Assembly (NCBI GenBank): GCA_038087875.1
Contig: CM075993.1
Location: 11,100,001 to 11,164,000 of the forward strand
Origin: Malacoraja senta
Lineage: Eukaryota
Direction of reading: 5' to 3'
DNA length: 64,000 nucleotides
Within the stretch, counting starts at the first letter, position 1, and every line of letters starts with the position of its first letter. The translations under genes and the position numbers were made by a program. Under the pieces are notes generated by a model. The model had not been told where the DNA came from. It saw only the letters and a program-made list of their open reading frames with translations, and did not search any database. Below are positions 50,302-63,459 of the stretch, piece by piece.

Positions 50302-51300
50302 CAATAGATAATAGACAATAGACAATAGACAATAGACAATAGGTGCCGGAGTAGGCCATTCGGCCCTTCGAGCCAGCACCGCCGTTCAATGTGATCATGG
50401 CTGATCATCCCCAATCAGTACCCCGTTCCTGCTTTCTCCCCATATCCCCTGACTCCGCTATATTTAAGAGCCCTATCTAGCTCTCTCTTGAAAGTATCCA
50501 GAGAACCGGCCTCCACCACCCTCTGAGGCAGAGAATTCCACAGATTCACAACTCTCTGTGAGAAAAAGTGTTTCCTCGTCTCCGTTCTAAATGGCTTACC
50601 CTTTATTCTTAAACTGCTGTCCCTGGTTCTGGACTCCCCCAACATCGGGAACATGTTTCCTGCCTCTAGCGTGTCCAAACCCTTAATAATCTTATATGTT
50701 TCAATAAGATCTCCTCTCATCGTTCTAAACTCCAGAGTATACAAGCCCAGCCGCTCCATTCTCTCAGCGTATGACAGTCCTGCCATCCCGGGAATTAACC
50801 TTGTAAACCTACGCTGCACTCCCTCAATAGTAAGAATGTCCTTCCTCAAATTAGGGGACCAAAACTGCACACAATACTCCAGGTGTGGTCTCACTACCGC
50901 CCTGTACTGGGCCCTAAAACTGCAGAAGGACCTCTTTGCTCCTATACTCAACTCCTCTTGTTATAAAAGCCATTCGCTTTCTTCACTGCCTGCTGTACCT
51001 GCATGCTTAGTTTCATTGACTGATGAACAAGGACCCCCAGATCCCGTTGTACTTCCCCCTTTCCCAACTTGATGGCATTTAGATAGTAATCTGCCTTCCT
51101 GTTTTTGCTACCAAAGTAGATAACCTTACATTTATCCACATTAAACTGCATCTGCCATGCATCTGCCCACTCACCCAATCTGTCCAAGTCTCCCTGCATT
51201 CTCATAGCATCCTCCTCACAGTTCACACTGCCACCCAGCTTTGTGTCATCTGCAAATTTGCTAATGTTACTTTGAATATCTTCATCTAAATCATTGATGT
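50302..51300 (-). mobile_element. CR1 LINE 3' ~1 kb
   Basis: YINDLD..KFADDTKLGG..VRPHLEYCVQFWSP..; (ATTGTCT)n tail. Confidence 0.9.
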
Positions 51301-51321
51301 ATTTTGTATACTGCAGGAGCT

Positions 51322-51324
<3 letters not shown>

Positions 51325-51376
<52 letters not shown>

Positions 51377-51490
51377 GCGTGTGTGTGCTTGTGCGTGTGT
51401 GTGCGTGTTTGTGTGTGTGCTTGTGTGTGTGCGTGTGCAGGCGTGTGTGTGTGTGTGTGTATGTGTGTGCGTGTGCAGGCGTGTGTGTGC

Positions 51491-51534
<44 letters not shown>

Positions 51535-51578
51535 GCGTGTGCGGTGTGTGTGTGTGCGTGCGCGGTTGTGTGTGTGTG

Positions 51579-51610
<32 letters not shown>

Positions 51611-51912
51611 CGTGTGCGTGTGCGGTGTGTGTGTGTGCGTGCGCGGTGTGTGTGTGTGCGTGTGCGGTGTGTGTGTGTGTGTGTGTGTGTGCGTGTGCGT
51701 GTGCGGTGTGTGTGTGTGCGTGTGCGGTGTGTGCGTGTGCGTGTGCGGTGCGTGTGTGCGTGCGCGGTGTGTGTGTGTGCGTGTGCGTGTGCGGTGCGTG
51801 TGTGTGTGTGTGTGTGCGTGCGCGGTGTGTGCGTGTGCGGTGCGTGTGTGTGTGTGTGTGTGTGTGCGTGTGCGTGTGCGGTGTGTGTGTGTGTGCGTGT
51901 GCGTGTGTGTGT
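51325..51912. repeat. Compound (GT)n microsatellite, ~0.6 kb
   Basis: Direct inspection; GTGCGG and GCAGGC variants. Confidence 0.98.
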
Positions 51913-52740
51913 GGTTCATGTTAAAATTATTCCTCTTTTGGGAAGATTCAAATGTCAGAAAGTCCTTCAGCGAGGCTTTTGGCATTTCAAAGCAAACAGG
52001 CAGGCAGGATCATTAAATATTGTACCTGACTGCTGAGGGTAAAGCATAAAGCAAGCTGTTGAGAATGAAAGCATATCTCCCGTGTTAGTGGTTGAGTGGA
52101 TCAGTCGTGATTAAACGGAGGTGTTCTCTCCTTCAACAAACAAACAAGGAAACACCGTGATTCCACAAGGAAACTTGAACCCAGGAACACACTGCTTTGT
52201 GAAGTTACTAAGTGCGTAGTGCGCTGAATTCAATGCAGGATAATGTAACAGTATGCTTCACATTGCCTTTACCCTAGTTGTGTTAAGTCACACGTATTAA
52301 CAAGTACGCCACTCCAAGAAGCATTTATTAATACCTTGCTTGCTACAAGCTGCTGCACCACTTTTTGTCTGGGGTCATTTCGAATCTTATTATGTATTCG
52401 GTGGGTGGATGGATAATTTTGTGATAAATTCTTCGCCATGCCCTTCACCGTTGTCATATTAGGATCATAAATACCATTTATAACAACCAGAGAAAAGTTG
52501 CCGGTGAAAAAGCTTCCAATAGCCTGCTTAACATTTAGAAAAAAAAACATTAGGCTGGCATGGCCTTTTGTTTAAGGCAGCATTTCCTGCAAGTGCTTGT
52601 GAGATTCACAATTAGATGTGTAACTATTATGCTTAGATAGGGGAGAGGGTGGGGGGAGACCGTTGCTGTTTTTTTAACCCCAAAATAACTTATTCCATTA
52701 TTTACATTAATATGTGCAATACGGCAAATACGTACGATAG

Positions 52741-53038
52741 GGGCGGCACGGTGGCGCAGCGGTAGAGTTGCTGCCGTATACCCGGGTTCGATCCCGACTA
52801 CGGGTGCTGTCTGTGCGGAGTTTGTACGTTCTCCCTGTGACCGCGTGGGTTTTCTCCGAGATCTTCGGTTTCCTCCCACACTCCAAAGACGTCCGGGTTT
52901 GTAGGTTAATTGGCTTGGTGTATATAAAATTTGTCCCTAGTGTAGGATAGCGTTAATGTGTGGGGAACACTGGTCGGTGTGGACCCGGTGGGCCGAAGGG
53001 CCTGTTTCCGCGCTGTTTCTCTAAATTAAACTAAACTA
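52741..53038 (+). mobile_element. Full-length HE1-type SINE
   Basis: GGGCGGCACGGTGGCGCAGCGG head, B box, tail. Confidence 0.85.
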
Positions 53039-53039
53039 A

Positions 53040-53405
53040 TACAAAATAATTTCAAACAAGGCCCGAGTCAAACAAATAATATCAAATATAGTATTGAACA
53101 AATATTTCCTCATCCTTATTACGGATACATTCTACGCCCCACGGTGCCCAGCGTTCCCCGAAATCCCCCAGGGCGCCCGTGGACAGCGCCCGGGCGCCCC
53201 TCTAACACCACCCGGGCAAGGATGTAACCCCGGAAAAGGGGCAGGCAGCCAGCTCTGGCAAAGCCCTTTTCCGCCTGGCGCCGTGACTCGGGGATGGCCA
53301 GCTTGGCCAGGCCCAGGAGCAACCCAACTAGGACATCCTCGGCCCTACCCTCTCCCTACGCACAGGGTGTCCGAAGATGAGGATGGAGGGTGTGAAGGGC
53401 AGCTG
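53040..53405 (-). mobile_element. Tx1-clade LINE ORF2 C-terminal fragment
   Basis: Minus strand FTPSILIFGHPVR..EDVLVGLLLGLAKLAI..CLPLFRGYILARVVLE..FGERWAP, with frameshifts. Confidence 0.65.
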
Positions 53406-55269
53406 TTTATGGTGACTGACTGAGGTCGGACGTTCGACGTATCTGCTGCAAATTCCAGCGAGATGGGCTCCAAGTGAGAGGAATAGATCGGGTAGATGCA
53501 CAGAGTCTCTTGCCCAGAGTATGGGATTCGAGGGCCAGAGGACGTAGGTTTAAGGTGAAGGGGATATGAATTAACTTGAATCTGATGGGTAACTTTTTCA
53601 CACATATGGGGGGTGGGTGTATGGAACAAGCTGCCAGAGGAGGTAGTTGAGGCAGGGACTATCCCAATATTTAAGAAACATTTGGACAGATACATGGATA
53701 GCGCAAGTGTGGAGGGATGTGGGCCAAACACAGGCAGGTGGGACTAGTGTAGCTGGGACATGTTGGCAAGTTGGGCCGAAGGGCCTGTTTCCATACTGTA
53801 TCACTCTATGACTATGACTCTCGAAAAGTATCGGATGGCGTTTTAAAGGTACGAAATGTCCCGTCAGCCTGCGTTAAGCCTGCCCTAGTGACTGCAGGCA
53901 ACAAACCATCTCCCTGCAGTCTCCTCAGCCACACTGGTTATTTACTGCTGAGGGAAACTGCTTCTACACAGATAATCACACACAAGCCTGGTTCACTTAA
54001 TCAGGTGGAGAACCGACCCAAATAATTAATGGATGGTTTGCCGTAATGTGATCATTTGTATAATTAGCACAAATAAAAAGAATAAATGAAGGTTAGTTAC
54101 AGCCAAGGACTCGTCATGTGTGAAGGAATTACTGTGGGCGAGTCTAGTGGAGAGAGTGAGTGTGTCAGGCGGGAGGGAGTCAAGGGTAATCGGATAATGG
54201 GTGAGGGTGAGCGGGCAGCGGGCAAGAGTGGTCAGGGAAGTGAGCCGGGGGCAATGGCCCTGCCACCCAGGGTTCCAGTTACTCCAGCACTCTGGGGAGG
54301 CAAGGTGGCGCAGCGGTAGAGTTGCTGCCTTACAGCGCCAGAGCCCCGGGTTCGATCCGGGTTCGGTGCTTGTCTGAACGGAGTTAGGACTTTCTCTCCG
54401 TGACCTGCGTGGGTTTTCTCCGGGTGCTCCGGTTTCCCCCCCAAACTCCAAATACGTGCAGGGTTGCGGGTTAATTTGTTTCGGTTTAAAAAAAAGTAAA
54501 TTGTCATAGATAGTTAGAAAATAGGTGCAGGAGGAGGCCATTCGGCCCTTCGAGCCAGCACCGCCATTCATTGTGATCATGGCTGATCGTCCCCTGTCAA
54601 TAACCCGTGCCTGCCTTCTCCCCATATCTTGTCCCCTTGTCCCTAGTGTGTTAGTGTATGGGGATCGCTGGTCGGCACGGACTCGGTGGGCCGAAGGGCC
54701 TGCTTCCGCACTTTCTCACTAAATTAAATAAAATCTAAACACGTTGTGTTTTTTATTCTTGATTAGTACGGGTGTCAGAGGTTATGGGGGGAAGGCAGGA
54801 GAATGGGTATAGGAGGGAGAGATAGATCAGCCATAATTGAATGGCGGAGTAAACTTGATGGGCCGAATGGCCTAATTCTACTCCTATCACTTATGATCTT
54901 ACGACACCCATCCCTTTCCTTCACATTCACTGGCCTGACTGGGGAATCTGCCACAATAGACATTCAGACTTTAGAGAATCAGCGAGGAAACAGGCCCTTC
55001 GGCCCACCGAGTCCACCCCGTATGCTAGCACTATCCTACACACACTAGGGACAATTTACATTGATATAAAGCCAATTAGCCTACAAACCTGCACGTCTTT
55101 GGAGTGTGGGAGGGAACCGGAGCACCCGGAGGAAAGCCGCACAGGTCACGGGGAGAACGTGCAAACTCCGTACAGACAGCACCCGCAGCCAGCATCCCCG
55201 AACCCCCTCAGCTGGGGGGGTGCCTACCATTTAAGCAACTTCTTAAGAGTCAAAAAAGGAGGACTTAGA

Positions 55270-55861
55270 AGAGTACAGCTCAGCAACAGGTCCTTCGGCC
55301 CACAATGTCTGTGTTGAACATGATGCCAAGATAAGCTAGGAACATAGAAGATAGAGCATAGCACAGTACAGCTCAGCAACAGGCCCTTCGGCCCATAATG
55401 ATTCATACTTCTCCATTCCCTGCATATCCACGTGCCAATCTAAAATCCTCGTTAATGCCACTATTGTGTCTGCCTCCACCACCACCCCTTGGCAGCACCT
55501 TCCAGGCCCCCACCACCCTCTGTGTAAGTAACCTGCCCCATAAATCTCCTTTAACATTTGCCACTTTCACCTTAAAGCTAATACCTCTAGTCTTTGACAT
55601 TTTCACCCTTGGGAAAAGGATCTGACTGTCTACCCTATCTATGCCTCTCGTGATCTTATCTGTTTCCATCAGGTCTCCCCTCAACCTCTGGCATTCCAGA
55701 GAAAACGTTTGCCCAACCTCTCCCTGTAGCTAATGCCTTCTGATCCAAGCAGCATTCCGATACACCTCATCTGCACCCTCTCCAAAGCCTCCACATCCTT
55801 CCTGCAACAGGGTGGCCAGAAATGCATGCAATACTCCAAATGCGATCTAACCAAAGTTCTA
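55270..55861 (-). mobile_element. Older CR1 3' fragment
   Basis: LVRSHLEYCMHFW and RGDLMETDKI motifs. Confidence 0.75.
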
Positions 55862-55864
55862 TCA

Positions 55865-56700
55865 TGCCCCTGTCTCACTTAGGAAACCTAAACGGAAACC
55901 TCTGGAGACCTTGCGCCCCACCCAATGTTTCCGTGAGGTTCCCGGAGGTTTTGGTCACTCTCCCTAATGGTCGAAAGTGGTTTCCCGCGTAGTCGAGGCT
56001 TCTTCTATGTTCCTGCGATTATTTCAACAAAATCAAAACCGGCCTCGACTAAAAATAGGTTGCCGTTTGGTCGAAGCCAGTGGAGTGGGGTCGCTATTTA
56101 CTTACAGGCAGTCGAAGGCCATCTCCTTCGCTGACCGGCCATTTTGATTGGCTCATTAGAGTTTTCAGCAAATATCCTTTGGTTTTCAGGACCTAGAAGA
56201 TCCGCCGGAAGGTAAAATGCCCGCTAACTTTATTAAACTTCTTAAAACTGTCTCCACTCCTTCTCCCCCCTTCTCTCCCCTTTTCTCCCTCTTCTCTCTC
56301 CCCTTCTCCCCCCTTCTCTCTCCCCTTTTCTCCCCTCTCTCCCCCTTCTCTCTCCCCTTCTCTGTCCTTCTCTTCCCTTCTTTCCCCATCTCTCCCCCCC
56401 TCCCGCGCTCTCTAAAGGACTTACCGTACACTGTGGCAGCCGTTTACCTTCCTCTTCATCGCGCAGACAGCGCTCCTCCACTGTCCCTGGCCCCCACCTT
56501 CGCGATGTGTTTGTGTGTGTGTGTGTGTGTGTGTGCGGTCGGTAGCAAAGATCCTGTAGGATCGGTCAGTAGATGCAGCTCACGCTTCGGTCGAGGTTTC
56601 CAGGCAAGTGACCAAAACCTCTGGCGACTCATGGAAACCTTGGGTGGGGCGCAAGGTCACCAGAGGTTTCCGTTCAGGTTTCCTAAATGGGACAGGGGCA
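55865..56700. mobile_element. Harbinger-type non-autonomous DNA transposon (836 bp)
   Basis: ~95-bp TIRs starting TGCCCCTGTCYCA; flanks TCA/TAA; internal CT-rich and GT tracts. Confidence 0.85.
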
Positions 56701-56709
56701 TAAACCTTG

Positions 56710-57347
56710 GGACAGGGACAGGTGAATTGATCATGGGGAACAAGGATATGGCAGACCAATTGAATAACTACTTTGGTTCCGTCTTCACTAAGGAAGACAT
56801 AAATAATCTGCCGGAAATAGCAGGGGGCCGCGGGTCAAAGGATATGGAGGAACTGAGTGAAATCCAGGTTAGTCGGGAAGTGGTGTTGGGTAAATTGAAT
56901 GGATTAAAGGCCGATAAATCACCAGGGCCAGATAGGCTGCATCCCAGAGTACTTAAGGAAGTAGCTCCAGAAATAGTGGATGCATTAGTGATAATTTTTC
57001 AAAACTCTTTAGATTCTGGAGTAGTTCCTGAGGATTGGAGGGTACCAAACGTAACCCCACTTTTTAAGAAGGGAGGAGAGAAAAAACGGGGAATTACAGA
57101 CCAGTTAGTCTAACATCGGTAGTGGGGAAACTGCTAGAGTCAGTTATTAAAGATGGGATAGCAGCACATTTGGAAAGTGGTGAAATCATTGGACAAAGTC
57201 AGCATGGATTTACGAAAGGTAAATCGTGTCTGACGAATCTTATAGAATTTTTCGAGGATGTAACTAGTAGAGTGGATAGGGGAGAACCAGTGGATGTGTT
57301 GTATCTGGACTTTCAGAAGGCTTTCGACAAGGTACCACATAAGAGAT
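56710..57347 (+). mobile_element. Young CR1 ORF2 internal segment running into a gap
   Basis: LNNYFGSVFT..KSPGPD..VPEDWR..VTPLFKKG, then a frameshift, then SQHGFTKGKSCLTNL..YLDFQKAFDKVPH. Confidence 0.9.
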
Positions 57348-57547
57348 NNNNNNNNNNNNNNNNNNNNNNNNNNNNNNNNNNNNNNNNNNNNNNNNNNNNN
57401 NNNNNNNNNNNNNNNNNNNNNNNNNNNNNNNNNNNNNNNNNNNNNNNNNNNNNNNNNNNNNNNNNNNNNNNNNNNNNNNNNNNNNNNNNNNNNNNNNNNN
57501 NNNNNNNNNNNNNNNNNNNNNNNNNNNNNNNNNNNNNNNNNNNNNNN
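57348..57547. other. Assembly gap (200 N)
   Basis: Run of N. Confidence 1.
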
Positions 57548-57659
57548 CCCCGTTCCTGCCTTCTCCACATATCCCCTGACTCCGCTATCTTTAAGAGCCC
57601 TATCTAGCTCTCTCTTGAAAGCATCCAGAGAACAGATCGATACAATTGACAAACAAAGC

Positions 57660-58915
57660 CCTCTTCTCCACTCTCCATTCAGGCAAGAGGTACAAAAGTG
57701 TGAAAACGCACACCTCCAGATTATGGCATAGTTTCTTCCCAGCTGTTATCAGGCAACTGAACCATCCTATCACCAACTAGAGGGCGATCCTGAGCTACTT
57801 TCTATCTCATTGAAGACCCATGGACTATCTTTAATCGGACTTTATCTTGCACTAAACATTATTCCCTTTATCATGTATCTGTACACTGTGGATGGCTAGA
57901 TTGTAATCATGTATTGTCTTTCCGCTGACTGGAGAGCACGCAACAAAAGCTTTTCACTGTACCTCGGTACATGTGACAATAAACTCAACTAAACCCAAGT
58001 AAAGAGATGTGAATGAAGGCTCTGAGTTCCCGATGAGGTAAGTGTAGATAGTCGTTCAGGACTGCTCTCTGGTTGTGATAGAATGGTTCAGTTGCCTGAT
58101 AACTGCTGAGAAGAAACTGTCCCTGAATCTGGAGAGAAGGGATATAAACATCCCGGAACTGTGGGATGTACAAGACTGGGAATATGGTGCTGGGAATGTG
58201 AAGGAAAGAAGAGATTTGGGAATACTCAGTGGGACGGTCGGCATCTGTGGAGGGAGAATATTTGTAGTCAATGTTACAGATTCATGACCCTCATCAAAGC
58301 TGGCCATTTGTGACACAAACAGCAATGCTGGCTATCTGAAACCTGTTGCAATCAATGCCATGGCCAGAGGGCTGAGACTCATCTACCTACAGAGGCCCAC
58401 AGATGGCTGTGGAGGCCAAGTCAGTGAATATTTTTATGACAGAGATAGATAGATTCTTTATTAGTATGGGTGTCAGGGGTTATGGGGAGAAGGCAGGAGA
58501 ATGGGGTTAGGAGGGAAAGATAGATCAGCCATGATTGAATGGCAGAGTAGACGTGATGGGCCGAATGGCCTAATGCCCTCTTCTTCCTGTCTCCCATCAG
58601 GCAAAAGGTACAGAAGCGTGAAAACGCACACCTCCAGATTCAGAGACAGTTTCTTCCCAGCTGTTATCAGGCAACTGAACCATCCTACCACAACCAAAGA
58701 GCAGCCCTGAGCTACTATCTACTGTACTCATCGGGGACCTCGGACTATCCTTGATCGGACTTTGCTGGCTTTACCTTGCACTAAACGTTATTCCCTTATC
58801 AAGTAACTATACACTGTAAATGGATCGATAATAATCATGTATTGTCTTTCTGCTGACTGGTTAGCACGCAACAAAAGCTTCTCACTGTACAATGGTACAT
58901 TAAACTGAAACTGAA
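57660..58915 (+). mobile_element. Cluster of Rex1/Babar-like 3' fragments (with a CR1 tail at ~58400-58575)
   Basis: LPSGKRYRSVKTHTSRFRDSFFPAVIRQLN; the same family occurs at 12950-13240, 61110-61585 and 63093-63350. Confidence 0.7.
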
Positions 58916-59994
58916 ACTGTTCATATCACTTATGAACTTATGAACTATATGGAAGGGGAGATGATGTCATGGAGTCTGAGCTGAGCTCTTTTGAAACAGA
59001 GTCGGTCAGTGGCAGAGATGTCACAGTGGGAGAGGTTGTCTTGCGGGCGTAAGGATCCTCGCGTGGCCTCAAGAAGGCGGCATCTGCCGCCAAGGATCCC
59101 CACCATCCGGGCCGTGCCCTCTTCCCACTGCTACCGTCGGGCAGGAGGTACAGAAGCCTGAAGTCCCACACCAGCAGGTTCAGGAACAGCGACTGTCCTA
59201 CAACTACTGGCCTCCACAGCCTTCTGTGGCAAATAATTCCACAGATTCACCACCCTCTGACTAAAGAAATTCCTCCTCGTCTCCTTCCTAAAAAAACGTC
59301 CTTTAATTCTGAGGCCGTGACCTCTAGTCTTGGACTCTCCCACTAGTGGAAACATCCTCTACACAGCCACTCTATCCAGGCCTTTCCCCCCTCATTCTTC
59401 TAAACTCCAGCGAGTACAGGCCCAGTGCCGACCAACGCTCAAATTGCTTCGTATCTGTCTTCATCACCACCTCTGGCAGTGCGTTCCAGGGACCCACCAC
59501 CCTCTGTGCAAAAAATCTTGTCCCGCACATCCCCTTTAAACTCTCCCTCTCTCACCTTAAAGCTAAGCCCAGTAGTCTTTGACGTTTCGACCCTGGGAAT
59601 AAGGTTCTGACTGTCTATCCTATTTCTGCCCCACCATAATGGGAGTCATTATTCCGCAAGAATAGAATGAAAATTGAAGAACTGAGCGACAGAAAGTGGT
59701 GAGTCTTTGGAATTCTCTACCCTGGATGCCCTGTTGCTGAAGATATTGAAGGCTGCAATCAAATGATTTTTGAAATGCATGTATACGATGGGCCGAAGGA
59801 CCTATTACATTCTGTACGATCCAATGACAATGATCAATGAAAGGAACATAGAACATAGGACAGTAGGGCAGAGGAACAGGCCCTTCGGCCCACAATGTTT
59901 GTGCCGACATTACGCCCAGTTAAACTGATCTCACCTTCTTGTACATGATCGTATCTCTCTATTCCTTGCGCTTCCATGTTCTATGTTCTATGAC

Positions 59995-60625
59995 TTTAGA
60001 GGTACAGTGTGGAAATAGAGCCTTTGGCCCACTGAGTCCGCGCCGACCAGCGATCACCCCGTACACTAACACTATTCGACACGAAGGACAATTAATCAAA
60101 ACCAGTTAACCTACAACCTGCACGTCTTTGGAATGTGGGAGTAACTCCGAGCACCCGGAGAAAACCCACGCAGGTCACGGGGAGAACATACAAACTCCGT
60201 ACAGACAGCATCCGCAGTCAGGATCGAACCCACGTCTCTGGCGCTGTGAGGCAGCAGCTCTACCGCTGCGCCACCGTGCCTACCTAAAAGCCTCTAAATT
60301 CCACTATTTTTAGTTGAGTTTGGCATGGGAAACAGAGCGGAAACAGGCCATTCGGCCCACCGAGTCCGCACCGACCAGCGATCCCCGCACATTAACACCA
60401 ACCTACCAACACTAGGGACAGTTTTACATTTAGACACTTATAGCAAGCCAGTTAACCTGCAAACCTGTACATCATTGGAATGTGGGAGGAAACCGAAGAT
60501 CTCGGAGAAAGATCACGCAGGTCACAGGGAGAATGTACAAACTCCGTACAGACAGCACTTGTAGTCGGTATCGAACCCGGGTCTCTGGCGCTGTAAGGCA
60601 GCAACTCTACCCCTGTGCCACTGTG
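59995..60625 (-). mobile_element. Two tandem HE1-type SINEs within a CR1 tail
   Basis: Two reverse-complement SINE copies at ~59995-60280 and ~60310-60625. Confidence 0.8.
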
Positions 60626-62509
60626 CCTATCTAAAAGACTCAAATGCCACTATCAGATCTGTCTCCACCACCACCCCTGGTAATGTGTTCCAGGCCCCAC
60701 CAATCTCTGTGCTAAAAACTCACGTCTCCATATATCTTCCCCCCTCTCGCCTTACAGCTATGCCCTCTAGTGCTGGGCGTTTCCACCCTGGGAAAAAGGT
60801 TCTGACTGTCTACCCTGTCTATGCCTCTCCTAATTTTATATACTTGTATCGTGTCCCCTCCACCTCCGCTGCTCCAGAGTAACATGGTTGGTGAGGATGG
60901 TCCTGGAGAATTAGCACTGAGGCAGGGTTGAGGGGTCCGAGGCCCCGAGCTCCCACTCCCTACCGCACACTCCGTGACACCTGCCCCCTCTCACACCAGC
61001 TACAGTCACACCCAGAGAAAGACACAAGATGCTGGAGTAACTCAGCGGGACAGGCAGCATCTCTGGAGACCAGGGACTTGCTTCACGTCGCACCCCGGCC
61101 ACTACCTCTTCCCCCCTCTCCCATCAGGCAATAGGTACAGAAGTGTGAAAACACACACCTCCAGATTCAGCGACAATTCCATCCCCGCAGTTATCGGGCA
61201 ACTGAACCATCCTATCACAACCAGAAAGCAATGCTGAACTACTATCTACCTCATTGGTGACCCTCAGACTATCCTTGATCGGTCTGAAGAAGGGCCTCCA
61301 ACTGAAACATCACCCATCCCTTCTCTCCAGAGATGCTGCCTGTCCTGCTGAGTTACTCCCAGCATTTTGTGTCTATCATCGGTTTAAACCAGCATCTGCA
61401 GTTCCTTCCTACACACTTGATCAGACTTTGCTGGCTTTACCTTGCACTAAACGTTATTCCCTTATCATGTATTTACACACTGTGAATGTCTTGATTGTAG
61501 TCACGTATTGTCTTTCTGCTGACTGGTTAGCACCCAGCAATAGCTGTTCACTGTACCTCGGTACATGTGACAGTAAACTAAACTGCACTGACTTTCTCTT
61601 GTACTTGTCTCAGTTATCTAGGGAGGTTTGGTCGGGTTGCATCCCCCAGAGGCTGGCTGCTGAACTCCAGTATCTGATTTCATCGTCCCAACGCTTCTCG
61701 CTACCAACGTTCTTGCACGTTGGAAACAGGGAGAGGGGTGAAATGGAGCAAATCAGACAGCCAGCTCAGCAGCTGCCCCATGTCACCATCTGCTAAGCTA
61801 ATGCAGTGCCCTCCTGGAGTGTCGACAGCCTGAGGGGCAAGACTCATCCCTCGCGTTGAAAGCCCCTGACTCTGGAAATCCCAGAGCTCACCTCTGGGCT
61901 CGGCAAGGTACTGCCTCGCTGCGAGGAGCGACACTGCCTCAGCAGATGCCGCTGAGATAATATTTAGCAATGGGCGCGGAAGTTCGACCAAACTTAGCAA
62001 GAGTAATCTTTGCAGAACACCATTAATCATAATTAAGGCAGGTGAGACAGGCTCTTCAGTGACATCGCCTACAGACATTGGCTTCCTTGAAACGAACCCC
62101 CCAGGAGGGATTCTTCCTCACGGTCCATGGGCTCGCTGTGGAGCAGTTAAAATGGCAATACTCTCGGTCTGGGATCTGGCATTATTCAACAGGTGACAGA
62201 GGACTGGCCAGTTTCATCCCCAGCTGTTATTAGGCAACTGAACCATCCTGGAGATAGTGGAGGAAGGAACTGCAGATACTGGTTTGTAGATAATAGGTGC
62301 AGGAGTAGGCCATTCGGCCCTTCGAGCCAGCACCGCCATTCAATGTGATCATGGCTGATCATCCACAATCAGTACCCCGTTCCTGCCTTCTCCCCATATT
62401 CTCCGCTATTTTTAAGAGCCCTATCTAGCTCTCTCTTGAAAGCGTCCAGAGAACCTGCCTCCACCGTCCTCTGAGGCAGAGATTTCCACAGACTCACCAC
62501 TCTCTGTGT

Positions 62510-63092
62510 TTTAAACCGAAGGTAGACACAAAACACTGGAGTAACTTAGCGGGACAGGCAGCATCTCTGGAGAGAAGGGATGGGTGATGTTTCGGGTCGA
62601 GACCCTTCTCCAGACTGGTTATGGATAAGTGAAACCAGAGATATAGACGGCGATGTGGAGAGATAAAGAACAATGAATGAAAGATATGCAAAAAAGTAAT
62701 GATGATAAAGGAAACAGGCCATTGTAAGCTGTTTGTTGGGTGAAAACGAGAAGCTGGTGTGACTTGGGTGGGGGAGGGATAGAGAGAGAGGGAATGCCGG
62801 GGCTACCTGAAGTGAGAGAAATCAATATTCATACCACTGGGCTGTAAGCTGCCCAAACAAAATATGACATGCTGTTCCTCCAATGTGCGTTTAGCCTCAC
62901 TCTGACAATGGAGGAGACCGAGGACAGAAAGGTCTGTGTGGGAATGGGAAGAATTAAAGTGTCCAGCAACCGGGAGATCAGGTACTGTAGGTTCTCAAGA
63001 AAGGCACAAAAAGCTGGAGTAACTCAGCGGGACAGGCAGCATCTCTGGAGAGGAGGAATGGGTGATGTTTCGGGTCGAGACCCTTCTTCAGA
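62510..63092 (-). mobile_element. Penelope-like fragments with terminal repeats and hammerhead-like cores
   Basis: Reverse complement of the GIY-YIG C-terminus; CAGTCTGAAGAAGGGTCTCGACCCGAAACATC on the minus strand at ~63064-63095. Confidence 0.7.
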
Positions 63093-63459
63093 CTGAACCA
63101 TCCCTGCAAAGAACCAGAGAGCAGCCCTGAGGTACTGTCCACCTCATTGGAGACCCTCGGACCAACTTCAATCGGACTTCACTGGACTTTATCTTGCACT
63201 AACCGTTATTCATGTTATTCCCTTCATCGTGTATCTGTACACCGTGGACGGCTCGATTATAATCATGTATTGTCTTTCCCCTGGCTGGTGAGCACGCAAC
63301 AAAAACGTTTTTCACTGCACTTGTCATAGGTGATAATAAACTAAACCGAACCAAAGTAAAGAGATGTGAAAGAAGGCGGAGGAGAGAAGGGATATAAACA
63401 TCCCGGAACTGAAGGTGTTGGGAATGTGAAGGACAGAAGACCATTGGGAATACTCAGTA

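Noticed and set aside
50948..52036. ORFs of 206-345 aa, one ending in RT motifs
   Set aside because: A GT microsatellite read through into an adjacent truncated CR1; chance fusion
56217..57113. 298-aa ORF
   Set aside because: MITE low-complexity interior joined to CR1 ORF2; no transposase motifs
61254..61796. 180-aa ORF
   Set aside because: The first two thirds derive from Rex1-like and Penelope repeat fragments
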